From Bacteroidales bacterium (GTDB lineage: Bacteria > Bacteroidota > Bacteroidia > Bacteroidales > UBA932): a DNA stretch of 64,000 bases. Position numbers and translations under genes: made by a program. The stretch is taken from positions 594 to 64,593 of the forward strand of contig JAKSKI010000001.1 of assembly GCA_024401865.1 (NCBI GenBank). Reading direction: 5' to 3'. Shown here one piece after another: positions 40,902-50,776 of this stretch. Numbering within the stretch: position 1 is the first letter of the stretch; each line of letters opens with the position of its first letter. Under the pieces are notes generated by a model. That model was given only the letters and a program-made list of their open reading frames with translations. It had not been told where the DNA came from and did not search any database.

Positions 40902-41964
40902 AGAAATTTTCTACAAAGTTAATATATTTTTTGATAGAATCGGATATTTCCTCACAAAGAATATACTCGTCGGCGTGATGCGAACGAGAAGATTCTCCCG
41001 GCCCCATCTTTATGGCATCCTTGCCTGTACGCATCCAGTTGGATGTGGTGGGCGAAGAGAAGGTCCCGATGCCCAGATCCGCCAATGTCCTGAGGAGAGG
41101 GGAGTCGGGGTGGGTGGCGGACGAACGGTTGGCAAGGTTTCTGGGCGTCAGCCTGCTCCGGCACAGGGCCTGGAGCTCTTCGAGAATCTCCTCGTTGGTG
41201 TATTGCTCGGTAGGTCGGATATCTACCACGAAACTGCACCTGTCAGGAATCACGTTGTGGGCTGTGCCGGCGCATATCTGGGTGACGTTCAGACCGACCT
41301 CTCCCATAATCCGAGATATCCTGGAGAATTTGTGGGCCCTCAGGGCGGCGATATCTTCCATCGCGATGTAGAGTGCGTTCACGCCTTCGTTCCTTGCTGC
41401 GTGACCGCTGACACCTTCCGCTACGGCATCCAGGACAAGCAGACCTCTCTCGCTTGTCGCGGCTTTCATCCCGGTAGGCTCTCCTATGATGACCCAGCGG
41501 GCGTCACGCACCTCTTCCGGGCCGTCGGGTCCATACAGGAGTCTCGCTCCCCGGGGGCCTGACCTTTCTTCTTCGCAGCTCAGTGCGAGTACAATGTTGA
41601 TCGGCAGGACCTTGTTGTAGAAATGGCGGAACGCGGCAATCATTGCTACTGCACTGCCGCCGTCATCGTTGGATCCGAGACCATATACCGTGTCCTCGTC
41701 GGTGCCCGGGTCATAAGGGTCGCGGCTGTATCCCGCGGCCGGAGCGACCGTATCCATATGTGCATCCAGCACGAGGGTCGGCAGAGACCTGTCGAAATGA
41801 AGGCAGGATGCCACAACATTGTTGCCTATGCGGCGGGGGGCAAGGTTCCAGGAGTTCAATCTGTCATACAGCAATGCCGCGACCTCTTCCTCGTGGAAAG
41901 ATTCGGAAGGGATGCGCACCATCGAGCGCAACAGTTCCACGGAGTCCTGGCAATACCGGTTCAT
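40882..41964 (-). CDS. argE: M20 N-acyl-citrulline/ornithine deacylase
   Basis: AHMDTV, GSNDDG, EEE, GEPT, C-terminal H; lies inside the arg operon. Confidence 0.85.
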   Translation of the reverse strand: MNRYCQDSVELLRSMVRIPSESFHEEEVAALLYDRLNSWNLAPRRIGNNVVASCLHFDRSLPTLVLDAHMDTVAPAAGYSRDPYDPGTDEDTVYGLGSNDDGGSAVAMIAAFRHFYNKVLPINIVLALSCEEERSGPRGARLLYGPDGPEEVRDARWVIIGEPTGMKAATSERGLLVLDAVAEGVSGHAARNEGVNALYIAMEDIAALRAHKFSRISRIMGEVGLNVTQICAGTAHNVIPDRCSFVVDIRPTEQYTNEEILEELQALCRSRLTPRNLANRSSATHPDSPLLRTLADLGIGTFSSPTTSNWMRTGKDAIKMGPGESSRSHHADEYILCEEISDSIKKYINFVENFYGHTLE

Positions 41965-42740
41965 AACATTATCATTGTGCCGCTGTCGTCGGCCGTTCTG
42001 AGAGCATTCTTTATCGAAGCGCCCGCAGCTCCGCAACGGAGTGCGTAAAGGCAGTTCTCTATCTTGGGAATCATTCCGTCGGCGATGCTTCCGTCGGACT
42101 TCATCTTTTCGAAATCCGCGGTACTTACGGCGGGGATGACGCTTGAGGGGTCATTCCTGTCAGCGAGAACGCCGTCCAGCTCGAAGCAGCAGATGAGCTC
42201 GGCCTTCAGTGCGGCGGCAACCGAAGCGGCCACAGTGTCGGCGTTGGTGTTGAGAAGCTGTCCCCGGCCGTCGTGGTTGATGGCGCAGAGTACGGGAGTG
42301 AGCCCCAGGTCAAGGAAGGACTCAAGCATCGCGGCGTCAACGCTTCGGGCGGACACGTCACCCACATAACCATAATCGACAACAGTAACTCCGTCGGAGA
42401 GTACCCTTGGGGCACGTTTGCCGGCCCTGATGACATCGGCATCACATCCCGACAGGCCGAGGGCATTGCATCCGTATTTCTGGAGCGTGGAGACCAGAGT
42501 CTTGTTGCACCATCCGGAATATGTCATTGTAACCGCCTTAAGAGTGTCGGAATCCGTAACGCGTCTGCCTTCAATCTTGACGGGTTTCTGTCCCAGGGCT
42601 TCCTGAAGAGCTGATGCCATCACGCCTCCCCCGTGTACGAGTACCTTAGGCCCATGCACGGATGCGAAATCCCTGCAGAATGCCTCCAGCATCGCAGAGT
42701 CCTCGATGACGTTGCCCCCTATTTTGAAGACTTTTGTCAT
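41961..42740 (-). CDS. argB: N-acylglutamate kinase
   Basis: KIGGN, VHGGG, NTNAD, GMIPK. Confidence 0.94.
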   Translation of the reverse strand: MTKVFKIGGNVIEDSAMLEAFCRDFASVHGPKVLVHGGGVMASALQEALGQKPVKIEGRRVTDSDTLKAVTMTYSGWCNKTLVSTLQKYGCNALGLSGCDADVIRAGKRAPRVLSDGVTVVDYGYVGDVSARSVDAAMLESFLDLGLTPVLCAINHDGRGQLLNTNADTVAASVAAALKAELICCFELDGVLADRNDPSSVIPAVSTADFEKMKSDGSIADGMIPKIENCLYALRCGAAGASIKNALRTADDSGTMIML

Positions 42741-43699
42741 AGACTCTCGAGCATACGTTTCATCACCACCTGAGCCGATACGACACGGTTGGCGGCCTCG
42801 GGGATTACAAGACTGGTGGGGGCGTCTATGACCGAGTCGGAGACTATCATATTCCTTCTTACGGGGAGGCAGTGCATGAAGTATGCATTGTCTGTGACGG
42901 CCATATGCCTCTCGTCCACAGTCCATCCCATATCCTTGGACAGAATCTGACCGTATTTGGAAGGGTCGGTGACTCCGGGGCAGCTCCAGTTCTTGGCGTA
43001 CACGAAGTCGGCGCCTTCCAGAGCCTTCATCTGGTCATATTCTATCCTGGCGTTCCCGGCGAAGCGGGGGTCGAGTTCGTAACCCTGAGGCTGCGTTATC
43101 ACGAAATCCACGTCCGCAGCATTCATCCACTCCGCAAATGAGTTGGGCACTGCCTGGGGCAGGGCCTTGGGATGGGGAGCCCAGGTCATAACCACCTTGG
43201 GACGCTTCTTCCTGCGATATTCCTCTATGGTGATAAGGTCGGCGAATGCCTGGCAGGGGTGTACGGTTGCCGATTCCAGGCTTATGACCGGCTTGTGACC
43301 GTATTGTATGAACTGGCTCAGGATGGGCTCGTTGTAGTCGGATTCCCTGTCGGAAAGACCCGCGAAGGAACGTATGCCGATGATGTCGCAGTAACTGGTC
43401 ATCACGGGGATGGCTTCGCGCAGGTGTTCGCTCCTGTCCCCGTCCATAACCACGCCCATTTCGGTCTCCAGCTTCCAGCTGTCCTGGCCGATATTGAGGA
43501 CTATGGGGTTCATTCCCAGGTTGAGGGCTGCTTTCTGGCTGCTCAGCCTTGTGCGGAGGCTGCTGTTGAAGAAGACCAGCATAATGGTCTTGTTCTCGCC
43601 CAGATGCTTCCAGGCGAAGGGGGTTGCCTTGACCTGTCTGGCTTCATCCAAGGCGGCTCCGAGGTCTCCTATGTCTGATACGTGAAAAAAAGTTTTCAT
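42737..43699 (-). CDS. argF: N-succinyl(acyl)ornithine carbamoyltransferase (ArgF')
   Basis: NSSLRT, MDGDRSEHL, HPCQ, WAPHPKALPQAV, HCLPVRR. Confidence 0.9.
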   Translation of the reverse strand: MKTFFHVSDIGDLGAALDEARQVKATPFAWKHLGENKTIMLVFFNSSLRTRLSSQKAALNLGMNPIVLNIGQDSWKLETEMGVVMDGDRSEHLREAIPVMTSYCDIIGIRSFAGLSDRESDYNEPILSQFIQYGHKPVISLESATVHPCQAFADLITIEEYRRKKRPKVVMTWAPHPKALPQAVPNSFAEWMNAADVDFVITQPQGYELDPRFAGNARIEYDQMKALEGADFVYAKNWSCPGVTDPSKYGQILSKDMGWTVDERHMAVTDNAYFMHCLPVRRNMIVSDSVIDAPTSLVIPEAANRVVSAQVVMKRMLESL

Positions 43700-44820
43700 T
43701 GCAGTACCTCCTTGAGCGCGCCGATAAACGTGTCGGCGTCCTGTTTGGTGATTACAAGAGGCGCGAGCAGGCGTATCATGTTCTTGCCCGACACCCCGGT
43801 GAATATATGCTTCTCGAACAGCAGTTTCCTGCGTATCTCGGCCACGCTGCCGTTGAATTCGATGCCTATCATAAGACCGCGGCCCCTGACCTCCTTGATT
43901 TCGGGGGATGAAGGGATGCCTGCCTTGAGGTATTTCCCCACCTCATAGGCGTTGTCTATGAGATGCTCGTCCCTTATGATGTCGAGTACCGCGTTGGCTG
44001 CCGCCATTGCGAGGTAGTTGCCTCCGAAGGTTGTGCCCAGCATACCCTTGACGGCCTTGAATGCGGGGGAGATGAGTATACCTCCGCAGGGGAATCCGTT
44101 GGCTATGCCCTTGCCCATGGTTATGATGTCCGGCCTGATGCCCTCCCACTGGTGGGCGAAGAACTTGCCGCTGCGCCCATAGCCGCTCTGGACCTCATCC
44201 AGAATCAGGCAGGCCCCGTATTTGTCACACAGGCTTCTCAGGGTCCCAAGGAATCCCGGCGCCGGCACATTGATGCCTCCGCAGCCCTGGATGCCCTCGA
44301 TAATAACTCCGGCAACATCTCCCTTCTTCAGTGCGCACTCCACGGCTTCTGCATCATCGAGCTCGCAGAAACTGACTTTGTGGTTGGCGTTGAAAGGAGA
44401 AACGATGGCGGGATTGTCCGTCACCGCCACAGCTCCGGACGTGCGTCCGTGGAAGCTTTTGCGGAAAGCTATGATCCTGTCTCTGCCGGTGTGGAAGGAG
44501 GCGAGTTTCATCGCGTTCTCATTGGACTCGGCACCGCTGTTGTCAAGGAACAGGCTGTAGTCGGAGTAGCCGCTGGCCTCGCCCAGTTTGTGCGCGAGCC
44601 CGGCCTGGAGAGGATTGACCACGCTGTTGGAGTAGAATCCTATCCTGTCCAGCTGGTCCTTGAGAGCCTTTACGTAGACCGGGTGGCAGTGACCGACGGA
44701 GATGACGGCGTGGCCCCCGTAGAGGTCCAGATATTCCTGCCCCTTGTCGTCCCAGACCCTGCAGCCGGAAGCTCTGACCGGCGTGACTTCGAACAGACTG
44801 TATACGTCGAAAAGTTCCAT
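43696..44820 (-). CDS. argD: N-acylornithine aminotransferase
   Basis: NSGAESNE, FHGRT, DEVQSGYGR, GK. Confidence 0.93.
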   Translation of the reverse strand: MELFDVYSLFEVTPVRASGCRVWDDKGQEYLDLYGGHAVISVGHCHPVYVKALKDQLDRIGFYSNSVVNPLQAGLAHKLGEASGYSDYSLFLDNSGAESNENAMKLASFHTGRDRIIAFRKSFHGRTSGAVAVTDNPAIVSPFNANHKVSFCELDDAEAVECALKKGDVAGVIIEGIQGCGGINVPAPGFLGTLRSLCDKYGACLILDEVQSGYGRSGKFFAHQWEGIRPDIITMGKGIANGFPCGGILISPAFKAVKGMLGTTFGGNYLAMAAANAVLDIIRDEHLIDNAYEVGKYLKAGIPSSPEIKEVRGRGLMIGIEFNGSVAEIRRKLLFEKHIFTGVSGKNMIRLLAPLVITKQDADTFIGALKEVLQ

Positions 44821-45782
44821 TAGAATGCGGATGCTTTAAGTTTGAGGCCTTCCGTTTCGTTCAGGCCGAAAATGATGTTCATATTCTGGACAGCCTGGCC
44901 GCTCGCGCCTTTGAGAAGATTGTCGATGACGGAAGAGATGACCAGTTTGTCTCCGTGCTTCTCCAGGTGCAGGATGCATTTGTTGGTGTTGACAACCTGC
45001 TTGAGGTCGACGGGATCGTCAGAAACGAAGGTGAATGCCGCATCCCTGTAGAATGAACGGTATGCTGCCACGGCTTCTTCTTCACTCAGCGGACAGGATG
45101 TGTACACGCTGGCGAAGATGCCTCTGGCAAAATCGCCGCGCACGGGTACGAAATTGATGTCGGGAAGAGCCTTGCCCTGCAGGATGCCGAGGTTGCGGCG
45201 GATCTCGATGAGGTGCTGGTGCTCGAACACCTTGTAGGTGGATATATTGTCATTGCGCCAGCTGAAATGCGTGGTCGCGGCGGGCTTTACACCTGCTCCG
45301 GTGGAACCTGTGACGGCTGTGACCTGCACTTCGGACTCCAGCAGCCCGGCGCCGGCCAGGGGCAGGAGGGCCAGTTGGATGGCTGTCGCGAAACATCCGG
45401 GATTGGCAATCCTGGAGGCTCCTTCGATTCGGGACTTCTGCCATTCGGGCAGGCCGTAGACATATCCTTCTCTTTCGTCACGGAAGTCTTGAGCCAGGTC
45501 TATCACCTTGAGCCCTTCCGGCAGTTGGTTCTCCTGCCAGAATGCTGCACTTTTGCCGTGACCGGAGCATAGGAAAAGCACGTCTATGCCGTCAAGCGCT
45601 ATGTTGTCGCAGAACTTGAGATCCGTATCCCCGATGAGGCCGGAATGTACGCTGCACAGCGGATTGCCGGCGTTGCTCTCCGAGTGGACGAACGACAGTT
45701 CTGCGTCAGGATGATTGACCAGAAGCCGTATCAGTTCGCCTGCGGTGTATCCTGCTCCGCCTATGATGCCCGCCCTAATCAT
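44820..45782 (-). CDS. argC: N-acyl-gamma-glutamyl-phosphate reductase
   Basis: GGAGYTAGEL, ANPGCFAT, DNLLKGASGQA. Confidence 0.96.
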   Translation of the reverse strand: MIRAGIIGGAGYTAGELIRLLVNHPDAELSFVHSESNAGNPLCSVHSGLIGDTDLKFCDNIALDGIDVLFLCSGHGKSAAFWQENQLPEGLKVIDLAQDFRDEREGYVYGLPEWQKSRIEGASRIANPGCFATAIQLALLPLAGAGLLESEVQVTAVTGSTGAGVKPAATTHFSWRNDNISTYKVFEHQHLIEIRRNLGILQGKALPDINFVPVRGDFARGIFASVYTSCPLSEEEAVAAYRSFYRDAAFTFVSDDPVDLKQVVNTNKCILHLEKHGDKLVISSVIDNLLKGASGQAVQNMNIIFGLNETEGLKLKASAF

Positions 45783-46980
45783 TGATGAGTTCGTCTTTGT
45801 GTGACAGGTAGTATGCTCTCAGAGGGGTGGACGTAACCTTGATGAAGCCCTTGGCCTCATCGGAAGTCCAACCCTTGGCGCCCTCGCCGTATTCTCCCAG
45901 TTTGTTCTTCACCAGGTCGTCAGGGGAATCCACTCCGACCGTGGAGAAGCTGTAGGGACGGAGTTCGAGGGTTACGGTACCGTTGACATTGCGCTGGCTG
46001 CTCTCGAGCATTGCCTCGATATCCCTCATCACGGGCTCGAGGTACTGGCTCTCGTGGAGGAACATTCCGTACCAGTTCGCCACCTGATCCTTCCAGTACT
46101 GCTGCCATTTGCTCAGGGTGAATTTCTCAAGGAACTTATGGGCTCCGATGATCAGCATAGGTGCAGCCGCCTCGAATCCGACACGGCCCTTGATGCCTAT
46201 GATGGTATCGCCTACGTGCATATCGCGACCGATGCCGTATGCGGAGCCAATGGCTTCGACTGCCTGGATGGCCTCGATCCTGTCCTTGTACTCCCTGCCG
46301 TTCACCGAGCACAGTTCTCCGTGGCTGAATCCGAGACTCAGGATTTCGCTGCCGGTTTTGCTCACCTGCTTGAGGTATGCGGTCTCCGGAAGCCCCTGCT
46401 TCGAGTCGAGAATCTCGCCCCCGCAGATGGAGGTGCCCCAGATGCCCACGTTATAAGAATATTTGAGCTTGGTGAAGTCCGCGGAGAAACCGTTGGCGTT
46501 GAGGTAGTCCACCTCTTCCTTGCGGCTCAGATTGCCGTCGCGGGTGAGGGTGATGATTTCCACGCCGGGACACATCACCAGAAAGGTCATGTCGAAACGA
46601 ACCTGGTCGTTGCCGGCTCCGGTGGATCCGTGTGCGATGGCGTCCGCGCCTATCTCCCTGGCGTATCTCGCGATGGCCATTCCCTGGAAGATTCGCTCGG
46701 AAGATACGGATATGGGGTAGGTGCCGCCCCGCAGCACGTTGCCGAACACCATATATTTGAGGCTCCTGTCGTAGTATTCTCTGGTGACGTCGAGGGTGGC
46801 GTACACGGTCGCTCCCAGTTTATAGGCGTTCTCCTCGTTGGTCTTGAGCTGCTCGGCACTGAATCCGCCCGTATCCGCACAGACTGCGTGAACTTCGTAC
46901 CCCTTCTCTTTTGCGAGGTACATTACGGTGTAGGAGGTGTCGAGTCCTCCGCTGAAGGCGACTACAACTTTTTTCTTCAT
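45775..46980 (-). CDS. argG: Argininosuccinate synthase
   Basis: AFSGGLDTS, HGSTGAGNDQVRF, KGRVGFEA. Confidence 0.96.
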   Translation of the reverse strand: MKKKVVVAFSGGLDTSYTVMYLAKEKGYEVHAVCADTGGFSAEQLKTNEENAYKLGATVYATLDVTREYYDRSLKYMVFGNVLRGGTYPISVSSERIFQGMAIARYAREIGADAIAHGSTGAGNDQVRFDMTFLVMCPGVEIITLTRDGNLSRKEEVDYLNANGFSADFTKLKYSYNVGIWGTSICGGEILDSKQGLPETAYLKQVSKTGSEILSLGFSHGELCSVNGREYKDRIEAIQAVEAIGSAYGIGRDMHVGDTIIGIKGRVGFEAAAPMLIIGAHKFLEKFTLSKWQQYWKDQVANWYGMFLHESQYLEPVMRDIEAMLESSQRNVNGTVTLELRPYSFSTVGVDSPDDLVKNKLGEYGEGAKGWTSDEAKGFIKVTSTPLRAYYLSHKDELIND

Positions 46981-46992
46981 ATGTGTCATTCG

Positions 46993-47988
46993 TTAAATAT
47001 CATCCGGATGGTGTATCTCGAGGTGCTCCTTCGGATCGTAGAGCAGACCGGTGCATATGCACATTGTATAATTGTGGCTCTTGAGAATGTCGAAATGGCG
47101 GCACCCCTCGCAGCCTTTCCAGAATTCGGGGTCGTCGGTCAACTCGCTGAACGGTACCGGCCTGAAGCCGAATTCGTAGTTCATCTTCATCACTGCGGCG
47201 CCTGTGGTGATGGAGAATATCTTGGCATCCGGAAACAGGGTCCTGGAGAGTTTGAATGTCTGCTCCTTTATCTTGCGGGCGAGTCCCAGACCCCTGAACT
47301 TGTGGGCCACGATGAGTCCGGAGTTGGCGACATATTTGCTGTGGCCCCAGGATTCGACGTATGAGAATCCCGCGAATTCCCCGTCGGCCGTGACGGCTAT
47401 GGCGGCCTTGCCGGCCTTCATCTTCTCCTGGATGTACTCGGGAGTGCGGCGCGCGATGCCTGTCTTGCGCTCCTGGGATGAGATGAATATTTCGTCACAG
47501 ATGTCCTGGGCGTATTTCAGATCACCCTCGTTGGCAACACGTACCGTAATGTCCGAGACGTTGAACATCGTCTTGATCGTGTTGGAGATGTAGTCGCGGT
47601 CGGCATCTGCGCGCAGCATCACAAGCACTGTGTCATCACCTGCTATGGTGCCCATAATCCCGCTGATGCCGGCGGAATCGATGGTGGAGGATATGGGGGC
47701 TGCGAATCCGGGTTTGACCTTGATGGCGCACAACTGCCCCGACACTTCCACGCTCTCGGCCACGAAATGGCTGCGGCTGGTCTGTATTGCGCGTATCTTA
47801 TAATGCTGGCCGCCTTCGGGGCTTCCTACCTTGATGGCACCCAATTCCTTGATGTCTCTGGATAAAGTAGCCTGCGTTGTGCATATTCCGCGCGACTCCA
47901 ATGCCTGCAGGAGTTCCTCCTGGGTGTGGATATTCTGGGTCTCAACAATGCTGGCAATAGTCTTCTGACGTTTTTCTCTCTCGTTCAT
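46993..47988 (-). CDS. argR: ArgR repressor fused in frame to a GNAT N-acyltransferase (ArgA-like)
   Basis: TQEELL, TQATLSRDIKEL and GTIAGDDT, followed by TGIARRTPEY, ANSGLIVAHKFRGLG and FWKGCEGC with no intervening stop. Confidence 0.88.
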   Translation of the reverse strand: MNEREKRQKTIASIVETQNIHTQEELLQALESRGICTTQATLSRDIKELGAIKVGSPEGGQHYKIRAIQTSRSHFVAESVEVSGQLCAIKVKPGFAAPISSTIDSAGISGIMGTIAGDDTVLVMLRADADRDYISNTIKTMFNVSDITVRVANEGDLKYAQDICDEIFISSQERKTGIARRTPEYIQEKMKAGKAAIAVTADGEFAGFSYVESWGHSKYVANSGLIVAHKFRGLGLARKIKEQTFKLSRTLFPDAKIFSITTGAAVMKMNYEFGFRPVPFSELTDDPEFWKGCEGCRHFDILKSHNYTMCICTGLLYDPKEHLEIHHPDDI

Positions 47989-48004
47989 AACTCAAAAATG
48001 TATG

Positions 48005-48028
48005 CAAATATATGAATAATTATTCATA
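48005..48028 (-). promoter_or_regulatory. Perfect ARG box overlapping the -7 promoter element
   Basis: Palindrome TATGAATAATTATTCATA at 48011-48028 fits WNTGAATWWWWATTCANW; TATATTTG on the minus strand at 48012-48005. Confidence 0.88.
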
Positions 48029-48057
48029 ATTGCAAGAAGAGAGAAAACATTCTCCTG

Positions 48058-49371
48058 TCAGAGGCGGTGGTCATCGTGGAAAGCCGCCATACGTTCATCA
48101 AGCACGGGGTACAGTTCTTCGGTCATACGGCTCACACAGGCCCGGACTCCTTTCTGTCTGCTGCCGGTGGTCGAGAGGCAGATCCCGCTGACACCGTAAT
48201 GGATTAGTTCCGGAAGCAGTTCCTCTCCTGGCATATCGCCATAACCGATGGTGAAGAAGAATCCGTCGCCGACCTTGTCGGTCACGTCGCGGTCATATAC
48301 TATGTGAAATCCGTGCCTGCAGAATATTTCCTTCATCCGGCGCGCCCTTACCTCATACTCCCGGGTGTCTTCCACGAAATTGATGACTCCGTCGCAGGCG
48401 AGGTTCAGCATCTTTGCATATCCGAACTGAGTGGAGGCGGTGCAGCCGCTGGTTATCATATACAGAATGGAGGCGGTCAGTGTCACGCCAAACACTCCTG
48501 CGTCCTTGTAACGCTCGGACAGGGCAGGGTACTGTTTGTCATACAAGGCGTCGCTGATGCAGCACAGGGCTATCCGCTGGCCGGCATAACTGAATATCTT
48601 GGAAGCCGACAACATCAGGATGTAGTTGTCGGTATAGCGTGCGACAGTGGGAAGGTACGGGGCTTCGAACGGTTTGGACAAATCCTTGCGGTAGTCCATA
48701 CAGAAATATGCAAGGTCTTCCATCACCACTGCGTCATATTTTGTGGCGAGTTTGCCAATCACTTCAAGTTCTTCCTCCTCCAGACATATCCAGGCCGGGT
48801 TGTTGGGGTTGGAATAGATGATGGCTGCGATGTCCCCGGAGGCGAGCTCTTCTCCGAGTCTGGCTTCGAGGCGTCCGGCTCCTCTGAACGGGAATATGTC
48901 GAATTCCTTCCACTCTATTCCCAGGATCCTCAATTGGGACTTCTGGATGGGGAAGCCCGGGTCTATGAAGAGCACCTTGTTCTTGCCGGGAATCCTCTGC
49001 GTGCAGGCAAGGAATGAGCCGAAGGATGCAGCGACCGAACCGGTGGTGGGTATGCAACTGCGGGCGCTCAGGTCAATGTCGATGAAAGCCTTGATGAAGC
49101 GTGAGGCAGCATCCTTGAGTTCCTTTATGCCGGCAGCCGCCGGATATTGTGAGCCTATGCCGCTGTCGAGGGCGCGTTTCTCCTCTTCCACACCGTAACG
49201 GTTGATTTCCAGACCGGGAGAGCCCTGATCCATCCTGATGAATGGTATGCCGGTCTTGTTCTCCAGATACTGGGCCACCAGAAGCACTTCTCCTATGGTG
49301 GCGGACGAGAGGCTCTTGACGCTGTTCCTGCTGCAGGCCTCTTCTACGAGTGAGTCGCTGAAAATCTTCAT
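48058..49371 (-). CDS. PLP-dependent aminotransferase class I/II
   Basis: NPNNP, EDLAY, SASKIFSYAGQR. Confidence 0.88.
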   Translation of the reverse strand: MKIFSDSLVEEACSRNSVKSLSSATIGEVLLVAQYLENKTGIPFIRMDQGSPGLEINRYGVEEEKRALDSGIGSQYPAAAGIKELKDAASRFIKAFIDIDLSARSCIPTTGSVAASFGSFLACTQRIPGKNKVLFIDPGFPIQKSQLRILGIEWKEFDIFPFRGAGRLEARLGEELASGDIAAIIYSNPNNPAWICLEEEELEVIGKLATKYDAVVMEDLAYFCMDYRKDLSKPFEAPYLPTVARYTDNYILMLSASKIFSYAGQRIALCCISDALYDKQYPALSERYKDAGVFGVTLTASILYMITSGCTASTQFGYAKMLNLACDGVINFVEDTREYEVRARRMKEIFCRHGFHIVYDRDVTDKVGDGFFFTIGYGDMPGEELLPELIHYGVSGICLSTTGSRQKGVRACVSRMTEELYPVLDERMAAFHDDHRL

Positions 49372-49450
49372 ATCCCAAAAGTAAAGATTTGGCCACTTAA
49401 AAGCAATTAAAATACGATAAATTGCCGATTATGTGCTAACTTTGTACATT

Positions 49451-50329
49451 ATGAGCACAATAATAGATGGAAAGGTCCTTTCGCTGTCCCTCAAGGAGGA
49501 GATGAAAGGAAGAATAGTTGAACTTGAGAAGCGATATGGCAGGAAACCCTGTCTGGTCGTAATCATCGTGGGCGACAACCCCGCCAGCCGTTCTTATGTT
49601 ACAGGCAAGATCAAGGCTGCCGCCTTCGTGGGTATGGACAGCCGTCTGGTGGAACTTCCCGAGGATGTAAGCGAGGAGAAACTTCTGTCAGTGATTGACG
49701 GACTCAATGCAGATGATGCCGTGGACGGTATTCTCGTCCAACTTCCTCTTCCCGCTCACATCAATGAGGATAAGGTCATCGATGCCATCGCCCTCGAGAA
49801 GGACGTGGACGGATTCCACCCCGGCAATGTGGCCAAGTTGTGGCTTGGACGCCCCTGTATCGTGCCCTGCACTCCCAAGGGAATCATCAAGATGATAGAG
49901 ACTACCGGAATCGACATTTCCGGGAAGAAGGCCGTGGTTGTGGGCCGCAGCAACATTGTCGGCAAGCCGGTCGCCAAGCTTCTTCTTGACCGCAACGCTA
50001 CCGTAACCATCGCGCATTCACGCACAAAGGATCTTGCGGCGGTCTGCGCCGAGGCCGATATCCTTGTGGCTGCGGTAGGTCGTCCCTGTATGGTCACAGC
50101 CGATATGGTCAAGCCCGGAGCCGTTGTCATCGACGTGGGCATAAACCGCATCCCCTGTGTCAAGGAGGACGGTACTCCCGGCTCGCGACTTGTCGGCGAT
50201 GTCGATTATGAGTCCGCTTCCAAGGTTGCGGGATTCATAACACCGGTTCCCGGAGGCGTAGGCCCTATGACCATCACCATGCTTATGGAGAACACTATCG
50301 AGTGCTTCCTCCGCAAGCAGGGATGCTAG
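49451..50329 (+). CDS. folD: Methylene-THF dehydrogenase/cyclohydrolase
   Basis: [28 protein letters not shown]. Confidence 0.97.
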   Translation: MSTIIDGKVLSLSLKEEMKGRIVELEKRYGRKPCLVVIIVGDNPASRSYVTGKIKAAAFVGMDSRLVELPEDVSEEKLLSVIDGLNADDAVDGILVQLPLPAHINEDKVIDAIALEKDVDGFHPGNVAKLWLGRPCIVPCTPKGIIKMIETTGIDISGKKAVVVGRSNIVGKPVAKLLLDRNATVTIAHSRTKDLAAVCAEADILVAAVGRPCMVTADMVKPGAVVIDVGINRIPCVKEDGTPGSRLVGDVDYESASKVAGFITPVPGGVGPMTITMLMENTIECFLRKQGC

Positions 50330-50342
50330 GAACTTGTTTGCC

Positions 50343-50765
50343 ATGACTTCCAAATTCCACCTTGCTCACGGTATATTCTCGCCGGCTTTTCTTTTCCTGG
50401 CGGGGATCGTTTTACTGGTCAACGGATGCAACGCGAATCCGGAAACTCCTTCCGATGCGGATATTCTCGGCAAGTGGTATGCTGAATTCCATGAAGAAGA
50501 ATTAGGCGGTGACTGCTCGGTGGAATACTCGTTTCAAAAGAATGAGGAGTTGGTATTGACTTTGGAATGTGCCGGGGAACAGCTCGCGATTCCAATGCTC
50601 TGGCGTACCGAAGGAGGTATCCTTTATGCCATAGAGAAGGACGCCTTGGAGTTTTATGAAGAGGAAAGTACTGATTGGACGGGCGTGTCCTACAAAATTA
50701 ATGGCAGTACGTTGGAATTCTATGAAGGTGGTAAATTGACAGCATCCTTCAAGAAAGTGAATTGA
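50343..50765 (+). CDS. Hypothetical acidic lipoprotein (possibly a lipocalin-like barrel)
   Basis: Lipobox VNGC, ILGKW, YKINGSTLEF. Confidence 0.7.
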   Translation: MTSKFHLAHGIFSPAFLFLAGIVLLVNGCNANPETPSDADILGKWYAEFHEEELGGDCSVEYSFQKNEELVLTLECAGEQLAIPMLWRTEGGILYAIEKDALEFYEEESTDWTGVSYKINGSTLEFYEGGKLTASFKKVN

Positions 50766-50776
50766 ACCGGTCCGCT

